Source of the DNA: Verrucomicrobiota bacterium
GTDB lineage: Bacteria > Verrucomicrobiota > Kiritimatiellia > CAIQIC01 > Lenti-01
Reading direction: 5' to 3'
Assembly (NCBI GenBank): GCA_031262805.1
Contig: JAISGX010000034.1
Location: 1-47,604, forward strand
Length of the DNA stretch: 47,604 bases
The position numbers and the translations under genes are program-made. The notes under the pieces are model-generated. The model did no database searches, had not been told where the DNA came from, and saw only the letters and a program-made list of their open reading frames with translations. This document shows positions 19,042 to 28,069 of the stretch, one piece after another (position 1 is the first letter of the stretch; each line of letters opens with the position of its first letter).

Positions 19042-21498
19042 TCAGGAAACGACGTCTACAGCCAAGATGTTGCGGATTTTCTCAGCCAGCGCGTTCATGG
19101 TGAATGGCTTTTGGAAGAAATGCACGCCGCTGTTCAGCACCCCGTGGGGCTTGAGGATTTCGTCACTGTAGCCGGAAATGAAGAGGCTCTGGATGCCGGG
19201 ATGCCGTTTTTGAATGACTTCCGAGAGCGTACTGCCGTTCATTTCCGGCATAATGACATCCGTGACGAGCAGGGAAATGCGCGTTTCCGCCTCTTGGGCA
19301 ATCCGCAGGGCTTCGGTGGGGGAGGAGACGGCGATCACATGATAGCCCATGCGGGAGAGCATCCGTTCGGAGAGGTTCAAAATGGACAGCTCATCTTCCA
19401 CCAGCAGAATGGTGGGCTTGTCCGATTCCGCATTCTTGCCCGACGCGGTTTCAAAGGAGCTGTTGTCGATGCCATGCTCGAAGCGCGGAAAATAGATTTG
19501 GAAGGTGGTGCCTTGGTCCGGTTCGCTTTGGACGGTGATGATGCCGTTGTTTTGCTGCACAATGCCATACACGGTGGACAAGCCCAGCCCGGTGTTTTCC
19601 CCGAGGCCCTTGGTGGTGAAAAAGGGCTCGAAGATATGTTCCAGCACGTCCTTGCTCATGCCTTTTCCGGTGTCGCGGATGCGGAGCACCACATAATGGC
19701 CGGGAATGCAGTTTTTGTTCTGCAGGCAATCATCTTCGTTCCACGTCACCGTGTCTGTTTCGATGAGCACGGTGCCCTCACCCTCGATGGCATCTCGGGA
19801 ATTGATGCACAAATTCACCAGAATCTGGTCCATTTGGGCGGGGTCCATTTTGATGAAGCACTCTTCCCCCACCGGCTTCCATTGGAGGTGAATGTTTTCG
19901 CCGATGATTCGCCGCAACATTTTCAAGGTATATTCGATGGTCGCATTGAGATTCAACATATGCGGTAGGATGGTCTGCTTGCGGGCGAAGGCCAGCAACT
20001 GCCGGGTTAGGTTGGCGGAGCGCTCGGCCGCCTTGCGGATCTCCATCAGGCTTTCCCTGGCCGGGTTGTTGGGCGAGAGGGAATCCAGCGCCATTTCCGC
20101 ATTGCCCAGAATGGTCTGCAACATGTTGTTGAAGTCGTGCGCCACGCCGCCGGCCAGTCGGCCGACCGATTCGAGTTTCTGCCGTTGCCGCAGCTTGTCT
20201 TCGAGAGATTTCCGCTCCGTGATGTCGCGGCCTGAACAGACAATACCGATGATGTCCCCTTTTTCATTACGCAGAGGGGTTTTGACGATGTCGAGATACA
20301 GAGGCTGTCCCTTCACATGGCCGGAGGCTTCGAAACGGATGGTTTTCCCCTCCCGGATGACCTCTTCATCCGAACCGATGTGCTCCAAACTTAAATTGTA
20401 CCACTCGGGATTGTCTGGATGCTGTTTGCGTTCGCGATCGGCAAAAAATGCATATTTTTTACCGATGGGTTCTTCTTTGTCCACGGCGTACAACAGCTTT
20501 TCACAGGTGGCTCGGTTGACGAACGTATAGTTCAAATCCAGGTCCTTGGCCCACAAAAAATCGGCCATCACATCCGTCATGTTGCGGAAAAAGACGTTCA
20601 GCTCCCGGTTCCGTTCCTCGCTTTGCTTGAGGGCGGCTTCCGCCTTGCGGTGTTCGGTGATGTCCCGTGCGGTGCCGACGGTGCCGATGATGTTCCCGTT
20701 TTCATCCCACAACGGGGTTTTGATGACTTCCAAATGTATGAATTTACCGCAAACGGTTCCGGCCTCGTCAAAGCGAGCTATTTTTCCAATTTCCCGAACC
20801 GTCACGTCCGATTCAGCGCAGAGCTGGCCGAAATTGAACCAGTTCGGATCATCCGGGTGGGCCTCCAATTCGCGGTTGGCAAAAAACAAATCCGTTTTTC
20901 CGATCGGCTCTTCTAGGCTTTTGGCGTGCAACAAGTCGTCACAAATGGCTTGGTTGGCGAACGTGTATCGGCCTTCGACGTCCTTCGTCCAGATCATGTC
21001 TGGAATGATGTTGGTCATACGCAGGAAAAAATCGGTCAACTGCTTGGATTCATTTTTGCTGGCCCGGAGAGCTTCCACGGCCTGCATCTGTGCGGAGACA
21101 TCCTGCATGACACCGTGCACAATGACCTGGCCGCGCTCCTTGTCCTCCTGATAACAGGCGCTGTTGCGGATCTGGATGATTCGTCCATCCTGTGCGACCA
21201 TCCGATACCGGATGGAAAAGGGCTTGCGGGTCCGGTTGTGTTCCGCCAGTTCCTTCATGGTTTGTTCGGCATCCTCCGGATACAAAAACCGTTGCCAGGC
21301 GGTGGGGTCGTCCAACCATGCTTCCGGCGGAGAACCCAGCATGTCTTTGATTTCTGGGCTGATATAGGTGGCATGCGGTTCCGGAAGAAGCTCAACCGTG
21401 TAAATCAGCGTCGGGAGTTCGTCCATCACCTTTCGGAGACTCTCGCTATCTGGGAATTGGTTTGGCTGTGTAGCCGGGATTGGACTCTGTGCCTTCAT
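19042..21498 (-). CDS. Hybrid sensor histidine kinase (multiple PAS domains, HisKA, HATPase_c, receiver)
   Basis: 818 aa with three PAS-like modules; the second and third are clear paralogues. H-box GGVAHDFNNML. The ATPase domain has RDTGKGM and GLGLSTVYGIV. The C-terminal REC domain has ILLVEDE and LLVTDVIMPEMNG. Confidence 0.9.
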   Translation of the reverse strand: MKAQSPIPATQPNQFPDSESLRKVMDELPTLIYTVELLPEPHATYISPEIKDMLGSPPEAWLDDPTAWQRFLYPEDAEQTMKELAEHNRTRKPFSIRYRMVAQDGRIIQIRNSACYQEDKERGQVIVHGVMQDVSAQMQAVEALRASKNESKQLTDFFLRMTNIIPDMIWTKDVEGRYTFANQAICDDLLHAKSLEEPIGKTDLFFANRELEAHPDDPNWFNFGQLCAESDVTVREIGKIARFDEAGTVCGKFIHLEVIKTPLWDENGNIIGTVGTARDITEHRKAEAALKQSEERNRELNVFFRNMTDVMADFLWAKDLDLNYTFVNRATCEKLLYAVDKEEPIGKKYAFFADRERKQHPDNPEWYNLSLEHIGSDEEVIREGKTIRFEASGHVKGQPLYLDIVKTPLRNEKGDIIGIVCSGRDITERKSLEDKLRQRQKLESVGRLAGGVAHDFNNMLQTILGNAEMALDSLSPNNPARESLMEIRKAAERSANLTRQLLAFARKQTILPHMLNLNATIEYTLKMLRRIIGENIHLQWKPVGEECFIKMDPAQMDQILVNLCINSRDAIEGEGTVLIETDTVTWNEDDCLQNKNCIPGHYVVLRIRDTGKGMSKDVLEHIFEPFFTTKGLGENTGLGLSTVYGIVQQNNGIITVQSEPDQGTTFQIYFPRFEHGIDNSSFETASGKNAESDKPTILLVEDELSILNLSERMLSRMGYHVIAVSSPTEALRIAQEAETRISLLVTDVIMPEMNGSTLSEVIQKRHPGIQSLFISGYSDEILKPHGVLNSGVHFFQKPFTMNALAEKIRNILAVDVVS

Positions 21499-21623
21499 GT
21501 TGTGTGAACGCTATCCGGACGGCCCCTGTTTGTCAAGGTAATGTCAAATCCATAAAATTTTCTGACAATTGGGCGTCAGGAAACGGGCCCACCTGTGCGG
21601 GGAAAAACAAGGTGGCCGGATGC

Positions 21624-21654
21624 AAAAAACGCCGCCCCCGGCAAGGGGGCGGCG
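21624..21654 (-). terminator. Rho-independent terminator of the ygeW-like gene
   Basis: 10-bp stem CGCCGCCCCC (21630-39) / GGGGGCGGCG (21645-54) with a 5-nt loop. It is flanked by AAAAAA (21624-29), which is TTTTTT after the stem on the minus strand. It starts 16 nt after the stop codon. Confidence 0.75.
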
Positions 21655-21669
21655 TGCCGTGCGGCGGAA

Positions 21670-22965
21670 TTACTTTTTCGCCGTTTTTTTCTTGGCGGGT
21701 GCTTTCTTTGCTGGTTTTTTGGCTGTCTTTTTGGCCTTGGCCTTCGGGGCGGCCTTGTATACCGGCGGGAGCGCATTCACATTCAGGACGCGCTCAACGG
21801 GATATTCCATCAATTCCGCCAAGGTGCCAGGCACGTCGGCCATGCGGTTGGTCAGCATCATGGCGGCAATCACGAACGGCTTGTAGCTGGCTTCCTTATA
21901 GGTTGGGATGCGGTATTTCTCAAACACGCCTTCGGACACTTCGCCGGCCGGACAGGAGACGCCGGTGATGTCGGCGGGCAGGCAATGCATATAGAGAGCT
22001 TCGGCGCGGTGGGTGGAGGCCATGATCTTTTCGTCGGTATGCCAGTTTTTGAATTGGGCGTTCTGGGCCAGGGCCTTCTTTTCCAGCTTCTTGAGGCCTT
22101 CGGCATCGCCGGCTCGCAGGAGGTCGGTCCGCTTCTGCATGACCTTGTAGGGCGCCCAGGATTTCGGATAGACGATTTCGGCGCCTTCAAAGGCTTCTTC
22201 CATCGTGTTGACCTGCCGGAAGGACCCGCCGCTGCTCATGGCCTGCCGCTCGGCCAGTTCCACCACTTCGGGAATGAGGTCATAGCCCGTGGGATGGGCC
22301 AAGGTGACGTCCATGCCGAAGCGGGTCATCAAGCCGATGATGCCTTGGGGTACGCTGAGGGGCTTGCCGTAGGAGGGGCTGTAGGCCCAGGTCATAGCGA
22401 TTTTCTTCCCGCGCAGGTTGTCGAGGGAGCCGAAATGTTCCTTCAGCCAGCACAGATCAGCCATGGATTGGGTCGGGTGGTCAATGTCGCACTGCAGGTT
22501 GACGATGCCGGGGCGCTGCGGAAGCACACCCTGGTTGAAGCCGTCGTCCAAGGCCGCGCCCACTTCCAGTTGGTAGGTATGGCCAGCCCCAAGATACATA
22601 TCGTCGCGGATGCCGATGATTTGGGTGAGGAAGGAAATCATGTTGGCGGTTTCGCGGACGGTTTCGCCGTGGGCGATCTGCGATTTGCCTTCGTCCAGAT
22701 CCTGAACGGCCAAGCCGAGCAGGTTGCTGGCGGAAGCAAAGGAAAAACGGGTGCGGGTGGAATTGTCGCGGAAATTGGAAACGGCCAAGCCGGTTTCAAA
22801 AAGGCGCAACGATAGGTTGTCTTCGTAGAGGGCTTTGAGCAGTTCCGCCGTTTGCAGAACCAGCTTCAATTCATCCACCGACTTGTCCCACGTGAGGAGG
22901 AAGTCCTTGCCGTAAAGGCTGGCATTCAGCTTTTCGATGGCTTTCAGCATGTCAATCGGATTCAT
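21670..22965 (-). CDS. ygeW: YgeW-type (knotted) carbamoyltransferase with a C-terminal Lys/Ala-rich tail
   Basis: 431 aa. It is near-colinear with my recollection of E. coli YgeW (GKDFLLTW, RDNSTRTRFSFASA, DEGKSQIAHGETVRETANMISF, NLQCDIDHPTQSMADL, YSPSYGKPLSVPQGIIGLMTRFGMDVTLAHP, LYMHCLPADI). The last 35 aa or so are KAAPKAKAKKTAKKPAKKAPAKKKTAKK. Confidence 0.85.
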   Translation of the reverse strand: MNPIDMLKAIEKLNASLYGKDFLLTWDKSVDELKLVLQTAELLKALYEDNLSLRLFETGLAVSNFRDNSTRTRFSFASASNLLGLAVQDLDEGKSQIAHGETVRETANMISFLTQIIGIRDDMYLGAGHTYQLEVGAALDDGFNQGVLPQRPGIVNLQCDIDHPTQSMADLCWLKEHFGSLDNLRGKKIAMTWAYSPSYGKPLSVPQGIIGLMTRFGMDVTLAHPTGYDLIPEVVELAERQAMSSGGSFRQVNTMEEAFEGAEIVYPKSWAPYKVMQKRTDLLRAGDAEGLKKLEKKALAQNAQFKNWHTDEKIMASTHRAEALYMHCLPADITGVSCPAGEVSEGVFEKYRIPTYKEASYKPFVIAAMMLTNRMADVPGTLAELMEYPVERVLNVNALPPVYKAAPKAKAKKTAKKPAKKAPAKKKTAKK

Positions 22966-23134
22966 AATGTTTCCTTCGGTTGTTTGTTTTGTGCCGTGAA
23001 TGCTACCAAAGTCAACGCCATGTGCAACCCGGGAAAGCCGGAAACGAAAAAACGTTCTCCTGAAGCCGCATGTCCGAGCACAGGATCGGCCGTTGCGGCA
23101 CGAAAGTCACCCCGCCCTCTACGGTCGTCCTACG

Positions 23135-24145
23135 TTAGAGGGTGTCCAGATCCACTCGCTCCCGGATTTCCAGGATGGCGGCGATTTTCGGCACATACAT
23201 CTGCGTTTCCGCCGGGAGGGAGGCCTGAATGTCGGCGAACGTCCGGCCGCCCGTTTTCTGCAGTGTCCGGGAAACACGGCCTTCCCCACAGTTGTAGGCG
23301 GCCAGCGCCAGCGGCCAATCGCCAAAGCGCTGGTGCAGATGGGTCAGGAATTTCGCCGCTGCACCGGCATTCTTGAGCGCATCAAGCCGTTCGTCCTTTG
23401 GAGAGAGGCGCAGGCCGTACTGCTGGGCCGTGTCCGGCATGAATTGATACAGCCCAACGGCGCCCGCCGGACTTTTGGCCGAGGGGTTGAAGGAAGACTC
23501 CGCCTCCGCCTGCCAGACCAATGCCGGTGGAAGGCCTTCCCCTTGAAAGATGCGTTTTAAGTCGGGCAGGTAGGCGGCGGCCTTGGTCGGGGCTGGGCGG
23601 CCTTCCAGCTTGCGGAGCCACGACTGTTTATTTTCCGCATATAAATTATGGGCGACCATCACGGTGTTGGTGCTCGGCGGTGGGGTGGCCTCTGGGGCCG
23701 GTTGCGGAGGATGCGGGGGCAGCGTACGGGAAGGCGGCGGGGTTGGAGCGGGGGGCTGCGGTGTGGGCGGCGTGCGTGCGGCCTCTGTTGCCATGTCGAA
23801 AAAATCCATGCGTGCCCCCAGCCAATCCGCATGGGCCTGTGTATGAGGCGATGCGCGGAGCCACTCCAGCGTCTGGCGCGCAAGCGGCTGGAGGCGCGCC
23901 AGATCGCCGATGTTTTCGCTGTGCAACGATTGTTGAATAAAGGAGAGCATCTCCGCCAATTGAGCGCCGGAGGCAAACTCATATTCCGCTTGAACGCTCT
24001 CCGGTGCCAACTGGTGGAACAGCGTTTGCCCGGTCCGGGAAATCTGCTCCATATCCAGCTCCCATTCTCCAAACATCCATTGGGCGTAGGCGCTCGGAAA
24101 AAGCAGCAGGAGCAGGCCGGTGGAAATGGACAGGCGGCTGGTCAT
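23135..24145 (-). CDS. Lytic transglycosylase (SLT domain) with signal peptide and Pro-rich linker
   Basis: MTSRLSISTGLLLLLFPSAYA signal peptide. A Pro-rich linker (PPTPQPPAPTPPPSRTLPPHPPQPAPEATPPPS) follows. The SLT catalytic block is WQAEAESSFNPSAKSPAGAVGLYQFMP...AAYNCG. The start was chosen at ATG 24145; the ORF is open to 24217. Confidence 0.85.
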   Translation of the reverse strand: MTSRLSISTGLLLLLFPSAYAQWMFGEWELDMEQISRTGQTLFHQLAPESVQAEYEFASGAQLAEMLSFIQQSLHSENIGDLARLQPLARQTLEWLRASPHTQAHADWLGARMDFFDMATEAARTPPTPQPPAPTPPPSRTLPPHPPQPAPEATPPPSTNTVMVAHNLYAENKQSWLRKLEGRPAPTKAAAYLPDLKRIFQGEGLPPALVWQAEAESSFNPSAKSPAGAVGLYQFMPDTAQQYGLRLSPKDERLDALKNAGAAAKFLTHLHQRFGDWPLALAAYNCGEGRVSRTLQKTGGRTFADIQASLPAETQMYVPKIAAILEIRERVDLDTL

Positions 24146-24149
24146 GGCC

Positions 24150-24596
24150 TCACCAGGGCAGGCGATACTCCGGTCCGGGAGAAAAGGCATTCTCAATGTG
24201 CCGGATGATGGGCGCATCTACGCCGGGGGAGCCGATGATCTCCACCACATCAAACCGAATGTGCTTCGGGCGCTCCTTCATGCGCCGCAGGTAGTGCATG
24301 GCGGCCCTCCCGATGACCCGGCGCTTGTTCCTGTTTACTGCGGAAAATGGCCGCCCGAATTCTTCCCCCCGGCGTGTCTTGACTTCCACAAAAACCAGCA
24401 CGGGCGGGTGCTCTTGGCGCGCCACCACATCCAATTCGGCCCGGGAACCAAAACGGATGTTCCGTCCTAAGATGAGGTAGCCCTTTTCCTTCAGGAAGCG
24501 GGCGGCAGCCCGTTCCCCCCAGGCTCCGGTCCGGTGGGCCTCCGGAAGGAGGGAAACGGACCGTCTTTTGAAAAGGGAGAAAAAGGAGGACGGCAT
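24150..24596 (-). CDS. yraN: YraN-family endonuclease-like protein (UPF0102)
   Basis: GERAAARFLKEKGYLILGRNIRFGSRAELDVVARQ...LVFVEVKTRR matches the YraN family pattern. The start at ATG 24596 lies 2 nt after the rnhB stop; the ORF is open to 24653. Confidence 0.85.
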   Translation of the reverse strand: MPSSFFSLFKRRSVSLLPEAHRTGAWGERAAARFLKEKGYLILGRNIRFGSRAELDVVARQEHPPVLVFVEVKTRRGEEFGRPFSAVNRNKRRVIGRAAMHYLRRMKERPKHIRFDVVEIIGSPGVDAPIIRHIENAFSPGPEYRLPW

Positions 24597-24598
24597 GG

Positions 24599-25228
24599 CT
24601 AAACCCCTAGGGACAGCCGGGCAACCGGAGCAAAACTTTTGCGGTGGATGCAACAGGGCCCATGGTGGCGCAACGCCTCCAAGTGGGCCCGAGTGCCATA
24701 GCCTTTGTGGCGGTCAAAACCATATGCGGGGAATTGCACGGCAAGTTGCGCCATTTCCCGGTCGCGGGTGACCTTGGCCAGGATGCTGGCTGCAGCAATG
24801 GAAAGGCTGGCGGCATCGCCGCCGACAATGGCCCGGTGGGGAACCGGCAACCCTTTTACCGGCAACCCGTCCACCAGCGCCAGGCTGGGAAGCGGCAGGA
24901 GCCGCTCCACGGCGCGGGCCATGGCCAGATGGGTGGCGCGCAAAATATTCAGCCGGTCGATTTCCTCCACCGATGCCGTGCCGATGCCGGCCTGTACATA
25001 CGGGCAGGCCAACAGCAGGGCATAAAAAAACTCCCGGCGTGCCGACGGAAGTTTTTTTGAATCGGTGAGCCCGGCCAGAGCCCGGTCCGCTTCCTGCTCC
25101 AGAAATTCCCTTTGGAAGACCACGGCGGCGGCCACCACGGTGCCGGCCAACGGCCCACGCCCGGCTTCGTCCACACCGGCAACGCGGATGTGGGAATCGC
25201 CCCAAGCCTCGCGTTCGTGGCGGAGCAT
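24599..25228 (-). CDS. rnhB: Ribonuclease HII
   Basis: 209 aa with [21 protein letters not shown], then DSKKL, and [10 protein letters not shown] in the C-terminal half. Confidence 0.93.
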   Translation of the reverse strand: MLRHEREAWGDSHIRVAGVDEAGRGPLAGTVVAAAVVFQREFLEQEADRALAGLTDSKKLPSARREFFYALLLACPYVQAGIGTASVEEIDRLNILRATHLAMARAVERLLPLPSLALVDGLPVKGLPVPHRAIVGGDAASLSIAAASILAKVTRDREMAQLAVQFPAYGFDRHKGYGTRAHLEALRHHGPCCIHRKSFAPVARLSLGV

Positions 25229-25241
25229 GCCCCGGTCCGGC

Positions 25242-25592
25242 TTAGGAATTGGCTTCCTTCAAGCGGCTCTGTTTACTCGTGCGGGAGCGCAGGTAGTACA
25301 GCTTGGCGCGGCGCACCAAGCTACGGCGTTCCACCTCCACCTTGGTCACATAGGGGGAATGCACCGGAAAGACACGTTCGACGCCTTCCCCATAGGAAAT
25401 GCGGCGGACGGTGAAGGTTTCATTGGAGCCGCCGCCATCGCGGGCGATCACCACGCCGGCATAAACCTGGATGCGCTCTTTGTCGCCTTCCTTGATTTTC
25501 ACGTGGACGCGGACGGAATCGCCCACATTGAATTGCGGGACGTCATCCTTCAGTTGGCTTTGTTCAATTTTCTCTAAAAGGGCGTTTTTCAT
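25242..25592 (-). CDS. rplS: 50S ribosomal protein L19
   Basis: [50 protein letters not shown]...[21 protein letters not shown] is the classic L19 sequence. The start was chosen at ATG 25592; the ORF is open to 25628. Confidence 0.95.
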   Translation of the reverse strand: MKNALLEKIEQSQLKDDVPQFNVGDSVRVHVKIKEGDKERIQVYAGVVIARDGGGSNETFTVRRISYGEGVERVFPVHSPYVTKVEVERRSLVRRAKLYYLRSRTSKQSRLKEANS

Positions 25593-25903
25593 TGGATACC
25601 TACTTCTTCTCAAATGAGCGGGAATCATACGCGCTCACGGGTGGACGTCAAGGGCAGAATGCCCACAGGAGGAAACTGTTCTATTTTTGGAGGCTGAACA
25701 CAAGAAAAATGAATTTTTTCACGCTGTTTCAGCCGTTTGGATTTCCGCCTCCTCGGGGCATGTCCGGCGCGGTCGGGGAGAGGCAAAGGCATCCCTTTGA
25801 GGCGGTCTATGCGGAAGAAAGTTATTTGTATAACGCGGGATGTCTTGATTTCGGGGCGGCGATTTGTTTTCCTGCGGGGCATATTTTGCACGAAAGAGGT
25901 CAC

Positions 25904-28069
25904 ATGAGCGAGTTGGATTCACAAAACGATCTGGAAAACAAGGTGTTGTCGGTGCTGGAACAGGGGACGGCTTCTGCGGCGGAATGGATTGCCGTGCTGG
26001 AAGAAGGCCGCCGGGCGGGCAGATCGGCCGTCTTTCGGGAATGGGCGGCCTGGGCACAGGAAGCGCTTGCCAAGAAGGGGAATGTGGAAGAAGGCCTTGA
26101 TCTGTTGAAATGGCGGGCGGAGAACACGCCCATCGAACAAATGACCGGGAAGGATTGGGTCAAGGCCGCCGATGTGGTTGCCGGCTCCAACCCGCATATG
26201 CTGGCCTTGATTCAGGAGGCCGGTTTTGGACAGCGCTTGGCCGCCCGGGAATGTGTCCGGCGCTTCCGCCTGCTACATCGCATGCAGGCCGGCGTATTGT
26301 GCCTCCACCGGACATGGGGGTTCGGCGTGGTCCAGAAAGCCGACTCGCTCTACAAGAAAATTGAAATCAATTTCCGCGGCCGTCCGGGACACGGTCTCGC
26401 CATGAAGGCGGCGGCGGAAACCCTAGAGATCCTGGAGCGGGAGCATGTGCTGGCCCGCCTGCATGAAGACCCGGAAGCTCTCCAGCAGTTGGTCAGTGAA
26501 GCTCCTGCGGAAGTGGTCAAGCTGGCATTGGCCAGCTTCGGCCCGCTTACGGCTTCCGCCCTTCAGGAAAAACTGGTGCAATACGGCGTGGTGGCGGCCG
26601 GCGATTGGAAACGCTTCTGGGATGCCGCCCGCAAAATACTGAAGGCGGATCCCATGGTGGAAGTGCCGACCAAGCGGAACGAACCCCTCCGGTTGCTGGA
26701 CCGTGCGTCAGGATATGATGAAGCGTGGTATGACCGCCTGGCCAACGAGCGAAGCATCAAAACCATCTTGAGTCGCATCCGGGAATTTCTGGACGGAAAT
26801 CCGGATGTGAAGGCCATTGCACCGGTTCAGCGCCGGATTTTGGCCAACCGGCTTTCCTTTGTGTTGCTCGGGGCTACCAGCCGACAGCCCGGCCTGAAAT
26901 GGATGGGCGCCATGCTGGCCGCCCGCCTGGGGTTGTCCGCCGCGGAATGCGACTGGCCCGCCGCCGTCCGGGAATTCCTACAGGGCAACCACATTGTGGA
27001 ACTTCTGCGCGACCTGCCTGCCCGCGAACTCAAGCCCTCGTTGGATTTCCTCTTTGCGCAGGATGAAGCGGCGGCCCGTGCGACGTTGCTACAGCACCTC
27101 ACGCATTTGAACTTCACCGCCCTTCAGGAAGGGATGGAGCAGTTGGTCCAGCACGGGGCCTCCGAGGATACACGCGAGATCTATGCCCGCGCTTGCGCCG
27201 GGCGCCATGTGCGAGAGGAAATGCTCTTGTGGATGTTGCGTCATCCAGAACAATGCGAAGCATGGGATCTTCCGAACCCCACCCAAGTGGCGCCGATGGT
27301 GGTCTCGGAGCTGGAGCAGGAGTATATGGGCGACCGCCTGAAAACACAGAAATTGCTCCGCGAAAAGTTCGAAGAGCCGACATTCCTCCAGGCGGTCTTC
27401 AACGGCATGACGTCCGGCCGCCAGATGGATTTTTTCCGGCAGTTGAACCAGTCCTCCGCTTGGTCTGGATTGGATCGCCAGACCCTGCAGGCCAAGATCA
27501 TCAAACTGTTTCCGAAGCTTCAGGTGGTGATCACCGGGAATGTGGAAAGCGCCCCTGTGGCCTCTTATGGCGCTGTGACCTCCCAGCGCACCTATCGCGA
27601 GCGGCAGGAACAGCTCGAAAAGCTGATCAACATCGACATCCCTGCAAATTCCAGGGAAATCGCCGTGGCCCGTAGCTATGGCGATTTGCGTGAGAATTTT
27701 GAATACAAGGCGGCGAAGGAGATGCAGGGCGTGCTGATGGCCCGCCGGGCGGACCTCGAAGTCATGCTCTCCAGCGTGCGTCCCAGCGATTTTTCCGAAA
27801 CCCCCGTTGGTGTGGCGGGCGTGGGCTCCTCTGTGCTCTTGGCCTATCCTGACGCTCGCGAGGAGCGTTTTCATATCTTGGGCGAATGGGATCAGGTCCC
27901 CGAAAAAAACATCATCTCCTCCAGTACTCGCTTGGCTAGGGCGGTGGCGGGGAGGAAAATCGGTGAAAAGGTCCTGCTTCCCACGGAAGAAGGCGGCGAA
28001 GTGGAAGCGGAGCTCAAGGCGGTGGAGCCGTTGCCGGACGACATCAAGGAATGGGTGAAGGCGCCATGA
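25904..28069 (+). CDS. greA: Long GreA/GreB-family transcription elongation factor (about 560-aa unassigned N-terminal region plus Gre-like C-terminal module)
   Basis: The C-terminal 160 aa or so carry the Gre pattern (IAVARSYGDLRENFEYKAAKEMQGVLMARRADLE...GVGSSVLL...RFHILGEWD...NIISSSTRLARAVAGRKIGEKV). The start was chosen at ATG 25904 after AAAGAGG, giving 721 aa. The ORF is open from 25592, but that part would overlap the divergent rplS promoter region. Confidence 0.8.
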   Translation: MSELDSQNDLENKVLSVLEQGTASAAEWIAVLEEGRRAGRSAVFREWAAWAQEALAKKGNVEEGLDLLKWRAENTPIEQMTGKDWVKAADVVAGSNPHMLALIQEAGFGQRLAARECVRRFRLLHRMQAGVLCLHRTWGFGVVQKADSLYKKIEINFRGRPGHGLAMKAAAETLEILEREHVLARLHEDPEALQQLVSEAPAEVVKLALASFGPLTASALQEKLVQYGVVAAGDWKRFWDAARKILKADPMVEVPTKRNEPLRLLDRASGYDEAWYDRLANERSIKTILSRIREFLDGNPDVKAIAPVQRRILANRLSFVLLGATSRQPGLKWMGAMLAARLGLSAAECDWPAAVREFLQGNHIVELLRDLPARELKPSLDFLFAQDEAAARATLLQHLTHLNFTALQEGMEQLVQHGASEDTREIYARACAGRHVREEMLLWMLRHPEQCEAWDLPNPTQVAPMVVSELEQEYMGDRLKTQKLLREKFEEPTFLQAVFNGMTSGRQMDFFRQLNQSSAWSGLDRQTLQAKIIKLFPKLQVVITGNVESAPVASYGAVTSQRTYRERQEQLEKLINIDIPANSREIAVARSYGDLRENFEYKAAKEMQGVLMARRADLEVMLSSVRPSDFSETPVGVAGVGSSVLLAYPDAREERFHILGEWDQVPEKNIISSSTRLARAVAGRKIGEKVLLPTEEGGEVEAELKAVEPLPDDIKEWVKAP

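Noticed and set aside
18280-19968. 562-aa ORF on the plus strand spanning the leuB-like gene and the 3' end of the kinase gene.
   Set aside because: It is antisense to two well-supported genes and even crosses their intergenic region. It has no motif.
21670-21777. The Lys/Ala-rich segment as a separate small histone-like (Hc1/HU-type) gene.
   Set aside because: It is in frame with and contiguous to the carbamoyltransferase. It has no internal stop, start or RBS. The terminator follows the common stop codon.
21595-22815. 406-aa ORF on the plus strand.
   Set aside because: It is antisense to the YgeW-type carbamoyltransferase, whose sequence is near-colinear with E. coli YgeW.
22966-23134. 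A possible terminator for the slt gene: GCCGCA...TGCGGC with a 23-nt loop, and CCCTCTACG...CGTTAGAGGG overlapping the stop codon.
   Set aside because: The stems are short or bulged, the loops are large and there is no adjacent U-tract. The evidence is not strong enough to annotate.
25592-25903. A 104-codon 5' extension of the greA-like ORF, as given in the ORF track.
   Set aside because: The extension would start exactly at the divergent rplS start codon and cover the shared promoter region. Its sequence is not protein-like. A good RBS (AAAGAGG) precedes ATG 25904.
27089-27874. 261-aa ORF on the minus strand.
   Set aside because: It is antisense to the Gre-like C-terminal part of the long greA gene.
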